A stretch of 64,000 nucleotides of DNA from the human T2T-CHM13v2.0 reference genome, Homo sapiens. The notes beneath the pieces were generated by a model. The model made no database searches. It had not been told where the DNA came from and saw only the letters and a program-made list of their open reading frames with translations. Positions 12,081-24,994 of this stretch are shown here, one piece after another (position 1 is the first letter of the stretch; every line of letters starts with the position of its first letter). The stretch is from assembly GCF_009914755.1 (NCBI RefSeq), contig NC_060935.1; one strand, 5' to 3'. The translations under genes were made by a program, and so were the position numbers.

Positions 12081-14576
12081 TATGCAATATCACCAGTCTA
12101 TGACAGTGCTTCAAAAACTACTACAAATATAAAATTGCCACCAGAAGTATGCCAGCATAAAATTGCACAGATAGGCAGCATTGAATCCAAAATGACTTTC
12201 TCATTCATTTGTTTGTGCACTGATTTATTGTACAAAATTCGATGAGCACTTAGTATGCACTCGGCAGGATGCTCAATCCAAGGGTTATAAAGATAATCAC
12301 ATATAGTCCCTGCATCTGTGATGCTCAGAGTCTAACACACAGATGCAAACTAATTAAAATGATGCAACATAGTTGGGGTGGACACCCACTCACTGCCCTT
12401 TCTGTCCACACCACTGCAGGTATGCCTCTTGGTGCAAGCTCTCTGAGCACAGGGACAATTCCTGAAGGAAAGGAGTGCTTCAGATGCAGTAACCACCTGC
12501 ACACAACAGTATCCAATGCAGAGATTAGCCCCTTACAAGAGGCTCATGTTTCTTAGCCCTTATACTGCTTGCTGTGATAGTTAGGGTTAGTAATAAATTG
12601 AAAGTTGAAGTGGTCTTTATTTAAGCAGTTGTAGGATATTTGGACTAAAAAAAAAAAAAAAAAGAAAACTGAAAGATAAATGCAATTTTCTTGTAGAACA
12701 AGAAAAAAATCTAACAGCCCAGAATATCATGCAAATTGCAGTTATTTATTATCAGACAGTGCTGTACAGCATTATTGACTAAATAAAATGCACTGCAATA
12801 AGACCCACAAAGCACTATATTATGAGGCATATATCAGGATGCAGATTTTTTCATATACAGAACACCACCTCGAAACAGTATTCCCTGTCAGGGAGTTATA
12901 TTTCTATCTCTGAGCAGGCCTGAACCCTGTGTCCCTTCTGGCCACGTGAAAGCCATGCTCCTTCCCCTCTGGGCCGGCCCGGGGACGCTCGGGGCAGGGT
13001 ATGAGGCAAGAGAAAGGGACCCAAGAAAGGGGCAGGAGGAGGTGGATTGAGGGTGGTGGACAAGGCAGGCCTGCACATGCACCATTGTGTGCTGAGAATA
13101 CATCTTTCTTATTTTACCAAACTCACAAATACATATCAATTTGTTCCCTTCCTCAGCTTCAATGCATTTCTTGTTAAGGAACATCTCTTTGAGAAGAAAG
13201 CCTCTGACAGAATATCCAAGCACAAAGGAATGATCCAGACCCGGAGAAGCCAAGTTTCTACGAAGTGAGGAGTCAGCAGGGGGCAGAAGAAATGTTATTG
13301 CTTTCACTCCTTGTTGGAAAATTACGGGCCTTCTTTTAAATCAAAATTTCTCTTTGCTCTCAATAAGATGACAGTCTAGAACACTTGACCTGCTGCTGAG
13401 AGAGTGACTTCTTGCTGGGTTTAGATTACTCAAGAGCTCTGCATTTAATCTCGGAAGGCTGCCAGGGGTTTCAAGGAGAGCTGGCAGAGCACCAGATAGC
13501 AGCCACCCACTGAAAGTGGATGTCCCTCCCTAGGACGCACGACTATCCTATTTCATTTATTCTAGCTGGGGTCAAAGGACACATTCAAACCAGCACCTTC
13601 TCTTAGGCACCTGAGTGAACCAGAGGGATGGGGAGGGGTTATGAGGGAAGAAAATGTCCTAGGAGCAAGGTGGGAAGTGTACCAGGCCTCTGGACTGCAA
13701 AAGCGACCCCTGTGAGCCAGCAGGGTGCACACCCAAGAGCCAGTGAGGTGCTGGGGGCCGGGAATCAGCTCCCATGGCACCCACCAAACCACACTTCCAA
13801 GTCCTGCGGCATCCTGAGGAGCTGAGGAACTGACCCCACAGCCCTCAACAAGTTCCCACCATCTCATTAAGCCTCTCCATGAAAGGTCAAGATTGTAATA
13901 GTCTGGGCCCATTATGTTCTTTCTCTCGCAGAACCAAAGTTCAGGAGACAGAAGCTTTTTTTTTCTTTTGGCAAAAACTATGTTTTAAAATTAATCAGTA
14001 AAAATTCTTCCTGGATTTTCAGTAGTCCCTCAAGGGATCTGCTAAGCCAGAAGCTGAAGAGAGATGGCCTCTTCCTTCCGCAGGAAGAAGGAGCCCTCTT
14101 GGAGCCCTCTTTCCTAAAATGGGGGCCACTTCCTATCCAGAGGGCCCTCAGTCTTGGCAATGGTTGACTGCTTTAAGAGGGAATTGTCGCATTGCAAGCC
14201 AATGTCCGTCATTATCAATGGAATCTTTCAATCAGGAAAAATCTCACGAGTGTGAGGAATTGGAAGACCATGGGTGACATCTGCAGTGTGCATAAGTTTA
14301 ATTATTACTACTTTGAAATTCGTGTGTTAGACCTTTCAAAAGCACACAATAACATCATGATATAATTTTTACTATTATACATGTAATATACAAATATATA
14401 AACATATTTGCACACATACATATATTTATCTATCTAGTTCTATCTATATCTATATCTGTATTCAGCACTAAGGCGAGTACACACCTGTTTGTTCAAATGC
14501 TGTCATCCCCACAGCCAAAGTCTTAACTGGTGCTAGTTCCCAGAATCATTTATTCACATGTTCATTACTGAGCACT

Positions 14577-15036
14577 TGTCATGGGTTGAATTGTGTCCTC
14601 TCATCCTCCCAGAAAAGCTGTGTTGAAGTCCTATTACCTGGTCCCTCATACCATGAACTGATTTGGCTATAGAGTCTTGGCAGATGTGATTAGTTCCTGT
14701 GCGGTCATACTGGAATAGGGTGGGCCATTAATCCAATATGGCTCGTAAGAAAAGGAGAAAAGACACAGAGACAGAGACGTGTGAGGGAAGAAGGTCCTGG
14801 GACAACAGAGGCAGGGACTGAAGTGCTGAGCCCACAAGCCAATGAACACCAGGATTTTCAGTGAAACACCAGACATGGGAAGAGTCAAAGAGGGGTTCTC
14901 CCCTGTAGGTTTCTGAGGCAGCATGGCCCTGCCAGTGCCCTGGTTTTGAACCTACAGCCTCTGGCCCTGTGAAACAATCACCTCGAAGTTCCCTGGTTGT
15001 GGTACTTTGTTATGGGAGCCCTGGGAAACCGGCACA
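14577..15036 (+). mobile_element. MLT1C-like MaLR solo LTR, inserted in an antisense L2 3' fragment
   Basis: 'tgtcatgggttgaattgtgtcc..gcatggccctgcc..gtggtactttgttatgggagccctgggaaac'; L2-like sequence on both flanks (~14545-14576 and ~15037-15115). Confidence 0.85.
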
Positions 15037-15639
15037 GCCCCTCGGTGCTGGGCTTGGGGAGGGTGCGTGACTAAAGTGACTGCCCCAACTTCCAGGAGCA
15101 CAGGGTCCAGTTGACCCTACGGCCAGGCGGCCTCTATGTTACCATCCCATCTTCAGTCACGAGCTTTTACAAAGAATTAATTAGTCAAGTTTAACTGAGT
15201 TCTCCCTTGGAATTTCTCCTTCAAATGCTGTAGAAGACAAAGAGACAGAGAGATAAACGCAAAGTACAGTTCAGCTGGAAAGCTCGAGACCTGCCGTTTC
15301 TCAGGAATCCCGGGTGTCGTTTATATTAATTTGCCTTTGGGACTTTTAGATTTTGTCTTTTAAGTGGATGTCTCTTATCCTTAGGGTTAGAGTGACAGCT
15401 ATGATTTTAGATGAACATTTTTGGGTCTGGCCACAATTAACAATTAAATTGATTTACTGACAAGCACCCTTCAGTTTCCTGGTGAGTTTGCTTGGCAGAA
15501 TCCCAGCAAAGGGGGTGGGAGGCTGGGTAAATATTGGGTAAATTGGATCAATTGTCCACAGCCTACCTGGGTTGAGCCAACTGGAAGATCCTTTTTTTCT
15601 CAAAAAAATATGTATTTCCTGCATAACCTAGATATCTTG

Positions 15640-15950
15640 TAACAGAAATTCTCAGACTTTCGGGGTTTATAGATCAGTAAAATTTAAAAGAAAAGAAAGG
15701 GCAGAAGTTAGGTGCCAATTTTTTTTTATTTTGCCAAGTAACAGTGTCTACTTCTTCTCATCATTAATTCTTAAAAACTAAGGGTGCATTTTAATTCCAT
15801 AGAGAGAGAGGATATAATTTCAGAAAGGACAGTTGTTGACATGATGGCTCCCTCTGGCTTTGTTCTCCCAATTGTTTTCATTCCTCACAGGCGTGGGACT
15901 TCATCATGGGCCAGCATCATCATGGGTCAGCATTTTGAAACCACTGACCT
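15640..15950. mobile_element. Degenerate hAT-Charlie-type DNA transposon fragment
   Basis: Ends 'cagaaattctcaga' and 'tttgaaaccactgacctagag' resemble Charlie/MER5-type terminal repeats. Confidence 0.4.
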
Positions 15951-16059
15951 AGAGAATGTTAACACTGTCCATCTTGCTTTGCCTCTACAAATACAGACAT
16001 GAGCTCTAGCCCCCACCAGAGAATGACAAGTTGAGATTAATATGCCACAGTTGAAAATA

Positions 16060-16190
16060 TTAACCTCTCTCTGCTGGACACTAAGAGCACAGAAGCTGCA
16101 GATCTATTTATTCACCACTGTGTCCCTAGCACCCAGAAAGGCGCCTGGCACATGGATATTCAATAGACATTTGTTCAGGAGTGGACAGAG
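16060..16190 (+). mobile_element. L2 3' end fragment
   Basis: 'ttattcaccactgtgtccctagcacccagaaaggcgcctggcacatggatattcaatagacatttgtt'. Confidence 0.75.
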
Positions 16191-17029
16191 GGCATTATAT
16201 GAGTAATTGTTGGAGCTGCTACCATCTCCTTCCTTGACTCAAACCTGTGTCATTACACCACTCAAACTCTTATCTTTTTTATCCTCACATATTTTATGCT
16301 GTCTCCTCCTGCTCCTCATCAATGACTGAATGTATTCATTCAATGTTGAAGTTGTCCACATCCCCACTAAGGGTAATGACAAAGAAAACAAAAAAAGAGA
16401 GATGGTTAGAAAATGAATCGTGGCCAGAGACCCAAAAATAAATTAATCCCTAGATTCAGTATAAAAAATGACTTCCCAGAAATCAGCAACAATTTGGGGA
16501 TATACAAACCATGGAAAATATGTCTTTCTTTTGCAGGAAATATTTTTTATTAGTGGCAAAGAGGGAAAATGAGGGAAAGATAGAATCGCTGGGTTTCTTT
16601 GTTTCTTTCTTCTTTATAAAGAAAAATTTAGACCTAAGCATATTTACAGGTAGAAGTAAGGAATCGTGGAAGAGATTGAAGATTTACAAGTGGGAAAGAA
16701 CAGAGAACCTGAAAGAGCTGGACGAGCCAAGAGCAAGGGAGAAAAGGAAGAGGGGCCAAGTGGGGAGGTTCTTCAGACTTCACTCTCAGGAGTAGGCAGT
16801 GGGGTCAACTCTCAGCAGGAAGGATAGAGGGTGAGGTTTGCAACAGCCATGCACACAATGCAGGAGGGAGCAAAACCTACCCAGATATGGCGATATGATT
16901 TGGAGCATACTTGTTAATAAAATGTCGGTGCTCCATATACATCCAAAAGCGTAATATTGAAAAACAGATTCTGACCTTGGCAGCTCTGACATGCTGTACA
17001 AATAAAATGAAAAATGTGAAATTATTTTG

Positions 17030-17600
17030 AAATCTAATGATCAAATCTAGAGACCTTTTCTTATATTCCATTTTTCTCGATCTCTCTGGAGTATCTGAAA
17101 CTGTTGGTCATCTTCTTCTTGAAATGCACTTCTCCCATGATGCCAATTCTATTAGACCACCCGAGTTTGTTTTTATAACTTCTATGACAGTTCTTTTTCT
17201 TTATCCAACCCTTCCCCAACGACTTTGCCCCAATTATTTTACTCTTACTTAAGATCTTTGAAAGACTTCATCCATTTCAATGGCCTCACTTATTTCTTCT
17301 GTGCAGAAGACTTACAAATGTTTCTGAAATTTCAGACATAGTTCCAATAGTTTATAGATGGATAAATACAGATATAGATGTCCTGTCGGTATTTCAAATG
17401 TATCGACTCTTTTACGTTAGCCACAAACATATTCTACTTCCTTGCATCCTTAATTTTGTTTACTGCAACATGCTCAGAATCCTCCCCTCCCTCTCCAGGC
17501 TCAGCTACTCAGGAGACGAAGACTTACTCATCCCAGACTCCTTTCTGTCCTTGAGTCACTCCTTACTTCCAAATATGTGTCACGTCCAGCCATCTACTTT
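17030..17600 (+). mobile_element. L2 internal fragment
   Basis: Pyrimidine-rich 'tcaaatc..ctcgatctctctggagtatctgaaactgttggtcatcttcttcttgaaatgcacttctc' typical of decayed L2 ORF2. Confidence 0.6.
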
Positions 17601-18073
17601 TAGCCCACGACTAGTCCCCTAACTCAGACAGCACAGATGCAGTCAATTTGCCTCCCTGTTCTGAAGTTCTTGTTTTCTTAACAATTTGGTTTTCGGGGAA
17701 GAAAGAAAATGTGCCAATTGGTTAACATGAGTCATTGAGAGTCAAACATTTTATAGAAAATAAAACTCATTCCTTCAGGTGTAAAAAAAAAACACCCACA
17801 AAACAAACATTTTAGGCATCTATGCATTCATTAATTTATACATTAGTTTAGGCATTTGGGTTTCTTCCAGACGAAGTTAAAATCTCATGCAGAAAAAGTG
17901 CTGCAACACCACTGTTGCTGTTGGGCCATCTGAGCCTGGACAATGGCCTCTTCCACTTCCAGATCATTCACCTTTAAGTCACCTTTAAGTTACGCGAGGC
18001 CAGGTGAGCAGGAAAGACAACTGAATGATTCCTTATCATATGTATTCCTTTCAGATCCAGTACATGTATCCAG

Positions 18074-18200
18074 TGTATATATACATATACATATATGTGT
18101 GTGTATATATGTATGTGTGTGTATATATATGTGTATTACAGACCTTGACAATAACAGGTGCTTAAATATATATATATGTATAATATACATATAATGTATG
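18074..18200. repeat. (TA)n/(TG)n low-complexity microsatellite
   Basis: Interrupted tatata/tgtgtg runs. Confidence 0.85.
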
Positions 18201-18204
18201 TAAC

Positions 18205-18370
18205 ATAAGTACTTTGCTCATCTCGTCAGAAACCCCATAAGATAGGCATTATTGTCCCCGTTTTGTAGGGGAGGAAAATGAGACTAGGAGACACGGAGTA
18301 ACTAGTTGCCCAAGGTCACTCTGCTAGGACATGGCAGAGGCAGGATTGAAGCATATATCCTTGCTCCAGG
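18205..18370 (-). mobile_element. MIR SINE
   Basis: 'ccccataagataggcattattgtccccgttttgtaggggaggaaaatgagact..gcccaaggtcac'. Confidence 0.8.
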
Positions 18371-19234
18371 TTAATGGCTATTTCTGGAATGCCTCAGCAG
18401 CCCTTTTAAATTCTGTGGTCTGTAAGTGAGATTCTATCAGCACTGGAATTCTGAAAGTGAGCCGGGGACACCTTGGTCTGGATATCCGTTGTCCCACTGT
18501 AGCGTATGTTCAGCCTCCACCATGACGGGCTCTTTTAAGCCTGCTTGAATATCAGGCTTGGATCTCTTGGCATGGGAAGCACCCAAATGCCACAACTACA
18601 GAGAGTGACACCATGAGTACTGATTTCTGTCTTCAGCTCCCTATGAAAACCAGCCCAAAGACAGCTGGAAATGAAGAAAATGTGCAATGATGAGGGTTTT
18701 GGGGTTTTCTTTTTCTTTTTTAGGGGGGGTTATTGTTTGGTTTTGCTTTCCCTCAAAAAGCTTAAGGTTCTTTATAAATCTCTTTCTTTACAGATACATG
18801 AGAATGAAAAGTAATATCAATGAAAGGATAATTCTATAAATACGTGGGGCCAGTGGCATTTGATGCACCTTTCTCACTGTCAGCTTGGACTCATTCTTCT
18901 CTCATTACGTTCTTATGAGGGAATCTCTGCTTACTTATTTGTGTGTCTATGGTTGGGGGAGTGGGAAGTGAGAGGGCATATATAAGAGGAGGAGATTGAG
19001 ATGAGAGGCTATACTACTAGATGTGTGAGTTTCATACTGCAGATAGTAGAAAGCCCAATTTTAGCTAAAGATTCAAGCTATATTCTCTAATTTAATACAA
19101 GTAGCAACAAACCTCATCTTTTTATTTGTTTGATTAAAAAAAAAATCTGTCAGCCACCTACTCAATTGATTCCAGATTCAGTGTTGAGGAATAAAATGGT
19201 ATGGTTAATGGTCCTACCTCAACTCTCATAGAAA

Positions 19235-19400
19235 TTCCATGAAGTCTATAAAGTCTATATTATCTCCATTTTACAGATGAGAAAACTGAGACTTCCAGAC
19301 TTTAAGTAACTTGACCACTTTCATGCGCCTAATCAAGAGGAGAAGAGGAATTACATCCCGAGCATGTTCAACTCCAAAGCCTGTGCAATCACCCGCTGGA
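19235..19400 (-). mobile_element. MIR SINE
   Basis: 'tattatctccattttacagatgagaaaactgagac..taagtaacttgacca..actccaaagcc'. Confidence 0.8.
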
Positions 19401-21578
19401 TTAACAAATGCTAGCGCTTAAACCTGGGTGATTTCACAGAATCAGGGTCTTGTTCTCCAGACCTTGCCACTAGTAGTCCACGGCTAATAGGAAGAACTGA
19501 CAATAGAACCTCGCTGTTTCCAAACCTGGGCTTTCAGTCATTTGACAGTAAATAAGTAAGCAGCAATCTCCCCTCCTTGAATGCATTCACACAGATAATT
19601 TTACATGTCACCAATCTCCCCATCTCACAAATCGTCATCATGTTGTGGTTAAATGATCCCCGGTGCTCTGATCCTCTCAGAATAGGTCATTTCTTTTTCA
19701 GGTCTTTATTCATGCTACAAAATGCCTGATGCTGCTCTCTGAAAGCACAGAGGTATGGCCAGGGTTCAGTGCTATGAGCCTCCCAAGCAACCATGGGCAG
19801 CTTAGCACAAATGGACCTACAATCCAACATTAATTTCCTGTCTTCCAGTCTGAACACTCCTGATAAGCAGCCGTCTGGCTAAAGACCGTAGGCAGAATCA
19901 GTCTCTGGTCTTAGCAAACTCACTACTTTGTTCCCCTCTGCCAGAGTTCCCTGCAGCTGCAGTTGCCCAGAGCTAAGGACACCTCTCAGAGCAGTTTTCA
20001 GACACGGCCCCTTCCTCTCACCACCTCCACCCCATGCCCGGCTGCTGCTGGTGTCTCTACCAGCCTGGCCATCCACCTCTTCAGAGAATCTCAATGCATT
20101 ATTGAAATATGTCTTCCCACAGCAGGCAGAGAAATGAAAATTTCTCTTATTTCAATTATTTCCCTTTCTTAAGCAGAGAAATAAAAAAAACTCTACCCAT
20201 AAAGAATAAAAAAGGAATCCAAATTATTTTTAAATTTATTTTTCTCTCAAGATTTAGTAGATAGTGGTGTAAATACTGGTGCAGGAGTTAATTGGTTATT
20301 TGTGAGGAAATAATGATAGAGGCAATACATGTGCCTCTCTTCTTCAGCCACTCCCCCAGCCCTCAATCCAGATAAAAATAAGAGCAGGACTAACAGGATG
20401 AGAAGTAGATTTGGACAGGGAAGAAGTATTTATTGAACCTAAACAGTTGCATTGTGTATGAGCATTGGGAGTGCAGAGTGAAGATGGATATGGCCTCTGT
20501 TCTCAATGAGTTTATAATCATCAGGCAAAATAGTTGTACCCTCCTAGATTTGCATATAAAACCACTCTCTCTGTTTCATTGTATCTTTCCATTTACTTAA
20601 GCCTTGCAAATAAATTCTGTCTCTTTACCAGCCTGTCCTTTTCTCTCCTTAGAAAGAGTATGTTCAGAATTTTGCATGATCTTAGAAGTATTTGTGGCAG
20701 TGTGAGAATACAAACACCATTAGATGTTGCAGTAGGAAAAAATGTTGAGCAGGAACCACTCAGAATTATTCTTCACCTCTGGCAGGGGAGAAAGTGGTTT
20801 GAATGAACTAACAGATCTTCTGTCACCTCAGCTAAAATTTCAACTGCCAGATTGCTTTCAAGGAACACTTCATTAGGGACACCTACTCTGCCCTCCCCAT
20901 TTTAAATTTCAAGACAAGATCAAATCCCCTAACATTTGCGCATATCTCCAGAGCAACACCTAACATTGGCTCTGTTGACTGTCAATTGCTTGAGGTACTA
21001 TGTGTGAATAATTGCATGTCCTGTGTCTTTTAGCAGGATATTCATATGCATTTCAGGAAGGGGAGGAGACAAAATAGTAACAGTGCATATGGAATATGAC
21101 ATTGTTGGTAGAAGCTGGTACCCTGGTTGCATAAAAACAATGAGGCCTCTTAGATCTTTCTTGATCCATTATATCGGCAAGGGATATGATGTTAAGAGTG
21201 GCATTTCAAGAAAGTGAGGACTTCTTGTGGCTTGGGATCAACCGGTAACCAGAATGGCAAATGGTGAGAAAGAAAGTTTTTATCAAGAGCAATGAGAGAG
21301 TAGTGGCTAAGTACTGCCCCTTGGTACCTTTCCTCATTGTCCTAACGTTCTTGGGCAATGTTCTCGTCCCTTAGGGAAGATTATCCCAACCTGGTAGCTC
21401 AAGAGTTTCAACAGAGGCACTGGAGAAATTGTCTGAATAAGAGAACTGCCACTGTGGGCTGATCTGTCCTGCAGACTGTCCCTCACTGGGCATCACCCCT
21501 CGCTCTAGAGACACTTTGGAAGCTTGGAAAGGGGGAAGCCCTGCTTAAAGAGACAAACCATGGGTCCATCTGATATGG

Positions 21579-23999
21579 TGATATGGTTTGGATATTTGTC
21601 GCCTCCAAACCTCATGTTGAAATATGATCCCCAATGTTGGAGGTGGGGCCTGGTGGGAGGGGTTTTGATCATGAGGATAGATCCCTCATGAATGGCTTGG
21701 TGCTGTTCTTAAGGTAATGTGGAGTTCTTGCTCTGAGCTGATGTGAGATCTGGTTGTTTAAAAGAGTGTGGCATTCCCCCACATCTGTTGCTCCTGCTCT
21801 TGCCATGTGACATGCTGGGTCCCTGTCACCTTCTGCCATGACTGGTAAATTCCTGAGACCTTCACCAGAAGCAGATGCAGAACCATGAACCAAGTAAACT
21901 TCTTTTCTTTATAAATTACCCAGCCTCATGTATTCCTTTACAGAGATGCAAAAATGGACTAACACAAAAACATTGGTACCAAGGAGTGGGGTGTTGGCAT
22001 AGAGATGCCTGAAAATATGAATGTAGCTTTGGAACTGGGTAACAAGCAGAAGTTGGAAGAGTGTAGAGGGCTCAGAAGAAGACAGGAAGATGAGGAGAAG
22101 TTTGGAACTTCTTAGAGACTGGTTGAATGGTTGTGACCAAAATGCCGGTAGAAATATGGACAGTAAAATCCAGACTGTCAATGGTCTCGGGTGGAAATAA
22201 TGAACTTATCGGAAACTGCTGTAAAGGTCACCCTTGTTACACCTTAGCAAAGAGCTTGACTGTACTGTATCCGCACCCTAGGGATCTGTGAAAGGTTGAA
22301 CTTAAGAGTGACAACTCACAGTATCTGGCAGAAGAAATTTCTAAGTAGCAAAGCATTCAAGAAGTGGTGTGGCTGCTTTTAATGGCCTAGAATCAGGTTT
22401 GGGAACAACAACAACAACAAAAAAAAACTTAAACTAGTAACTTATATTTAAAAGGGAAGCAGAGAGTAAAAGTAAGTTTGCAGCCTGGCCCTGTTGTAGA
22501 GAAGGAATCTAGACAGGTTGTGTAGCAACCACTTGCTAGAGAGATTAACATGACTAAAAGGGAGCCAAGGCATTTCGAAAGTCTTTGGAACGGCCCTTCC
22601 CATCACAGACCCAGAGGCTTAGGAGAAAATAATGGTTTCAGGAGCCAGGTCCAAGACCCCACTGTCCTGAGCAATCTCCAGACACTGCTCCCCACATCCT
22701 GGCTGCTCCAGCTCCAGCTGTGGCTCTAAGGGCCCTAGGTACAGCTCTGACCACTACTCCAGAGAGTGCAGGCCATAAGCCTTGGCAGCTTGCACATGGC
22801 GCTAAGTCAGCAGGCTCACAGAATGCAAGCATGAAGGAAGCCTGGCAGCTTCCTCCAAGATTTCAGAGGATGTATGGGAAAGCCTGGGTGCCCAGGCAGA
22901 AGCTTGCCACAGGGGTGGAGCACTCACAGAGAACCACCACTAGGGCAGTGCAGAGGGAGGGGAAATGGGGGGATGAAGCCCCCATGCAGTTTCCACCAGG
23001 GAACTGCCTAGTGGAGTTGTGGGAAGAGGGCCACCACCCTCCAGCCCCCAGAATGATGGAGCCATGAGCAGCTTGCCTCTTGAGTCTGGAAAAGCCATAG
23101 GCACTCAACTCCAACCTGTGAGAGCAGCCACAGGGTCTACACCCTGCAAAGCCACAGGAGCAGAGTTTCCCAAAGGCCTTGAAGCCCACCCATTGTACCA
23201 GTGTGGCTTGGATATGGGACATGGAGTCAAAGGAGATTATATTGGATCTTTAAGGTGTAATGGCTGCTGAGTTTGAGACTTGTGTGTGGCCTACTGCCCC
23301 TTCCTGTTGGACAATTTCTCCATTTTGGAACAGGAACATTTACCCAATGCCTATATCATCATTGTGACTTGGAAGTAAATAACTTCGTTTGATTTTATAG
23401 GCTCATAGGCAGAAGAAGATAAGTCTCAGATGAGACTTAGGACTTTGGACTTGATGTTGGAACGAGTTAAGGCTTTGAGGGACTGTTGGGAAGAGGTGAC
23501 TGTATTTTGCAATGTGAGAAGAACATGATATTTTGGGGGGTAGGGAAGGGGCAGAATAATGCAGTTTAGATGTTTATCCTTTCCAAATCTCATGTTGAAA
23601 TGTGACCTCTAATGTTGCAGATGGGGCCTGGTGGGATGCATTTCAGTCACGGGGGCAGATCCTGCATGAATGGTTTGGTGTCTTCCCCACCGTAATGAAT
23701 GATAATGAGTTGTCTACCATTACCAACCACGATATTTGGCTATTTAAAAGAGTGTGGCACCTCCCCCACCCCTTGTTCCTACTCTTGCCATGTGACACGC
23801 CTGCCCCCACCCCACCCCACACTGCTTAGCTCTCTGCTGTGATTAGAAGCTTCCTGAGGCCCTTACCAGAAGCTGAGCAGATATTGGCACCATGCTTCCT
23901 GTAAAGCCTGCAGAACTAGGGACCAATGAAACCTCTTTCCTTTATAAATTACCCAGCCAAAGGTATTTGTTTACACTGACACAAAAATGGACTAATACA
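21579..23999 (+). mobile_element. Two-LTR MST (MSTB-like) MaLR element: 5' LTR 21579-21966, internal 21967-23556, 3' LTR 23557-23999
   Basis: Both LTRs end 'aaaatggactaa(c/t)aca'; internal region starts 'aaaacattggtacc' and ends in a polypurine tract 'ggggggtagggaaggggcagaa'; 5-bp TSD tatgg/tgtgg. Confidence 0.9.
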
Positions 24000-24994
24000 T
24001 GTGGTCATCCTCACAGTTAACATTCTAACTGTTCTTGGGGCCAGATGGGTTTGCCCTTTAGCACAGATCAAAGAGGAATGCCAACCCCAAACCACAAGGT
24101 AACTCCACCAGATAAATTTTAAAATAGAAGTTGGGGGAATAGGCCCCGGTATATGAGGTTCATTTTGCTGGAGGTAATGTTTTGGGATAGTTCTATGGGC
24201 TTCATGCCTTAGAAAACCCACTTTCTAGTCTGTGCTCAGCTCCACATACCTGTGAGCCTTAAGAACACCCACCAGTTTCCAGCGTTTCTTTTACTCCTTT
24301 CTAAATTGAGGAGCTGGCCTGACACTCTCCTGGATCGCTTCCCCCCCCAGTACCTAAAAGTCAAGCCCTAAAACACCTTCTCACTTTGTCACTTTCCGCC
24401 AGCAGTAATCAGCCAAGCTCTTTTACCAAAATGGAGAATCACTGGAAATATTAACAGAAGAGGTCAATATATTGAGCCGTGTGGCCTTTTCCTGTTCTGA
24501 GAATATTTCATGTCTTTATGTTCTTACATTGAGAAAAACCTGGTCTGTGCCAATCTACATCAAATGGAAAGGGGAGGTAAGAGGGAGGATAAACCCAAAC
24601 CCAACCTGTACCGTGGCTCTTTCAAATGGCAGGCTCATTACGACCCAGTGCCTGACAGCCTCAGGATGGCCTGTCTCGTCAGAGGCCCCTCTGGCTGTTG
24701 CAAGCTCTTACACACAACTCTGTGTCACGAGAATCACAGCAGGTCTTGGCAGCGGACACTGAAAATGTCAGAAAGCAAAAGCGGGTGTTTGGGAGAAGTC
24801 ATTGTGAGCTGGGAGGAGCACTTGCAATGTTTGCAGCACATACAAAACAATCAACAACAAAAAAACGACCTGCCTTCTTCGTGAGACAGCACAGGTGAAA
24901 AGGAGGAAGACAGAGATGGGAAGGGAAGGGCGGCAACAAATGGGAAGGGAGTCGGACTTTTACTCAAGAGAAACTGGGATACTGGGAATTTGGC

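Noticed and set aside
12965-12995. GC/CpG-rich patch (another at ~26990-27040)
   Set aside because: Far too short for a CpG island or promoter
21571-21586. Apparent duplication of the LTR start (tgatatgg x2)
   Set aside because: Mostly explained by the TSD (tatgg, matching tgtgg at 24000-24004) happening to resemble the LTR end
22638-23270. Cluster of ORFs of 64-119 aa
   Set aside because: Fragments of the decayed MST internal region, broken across frames
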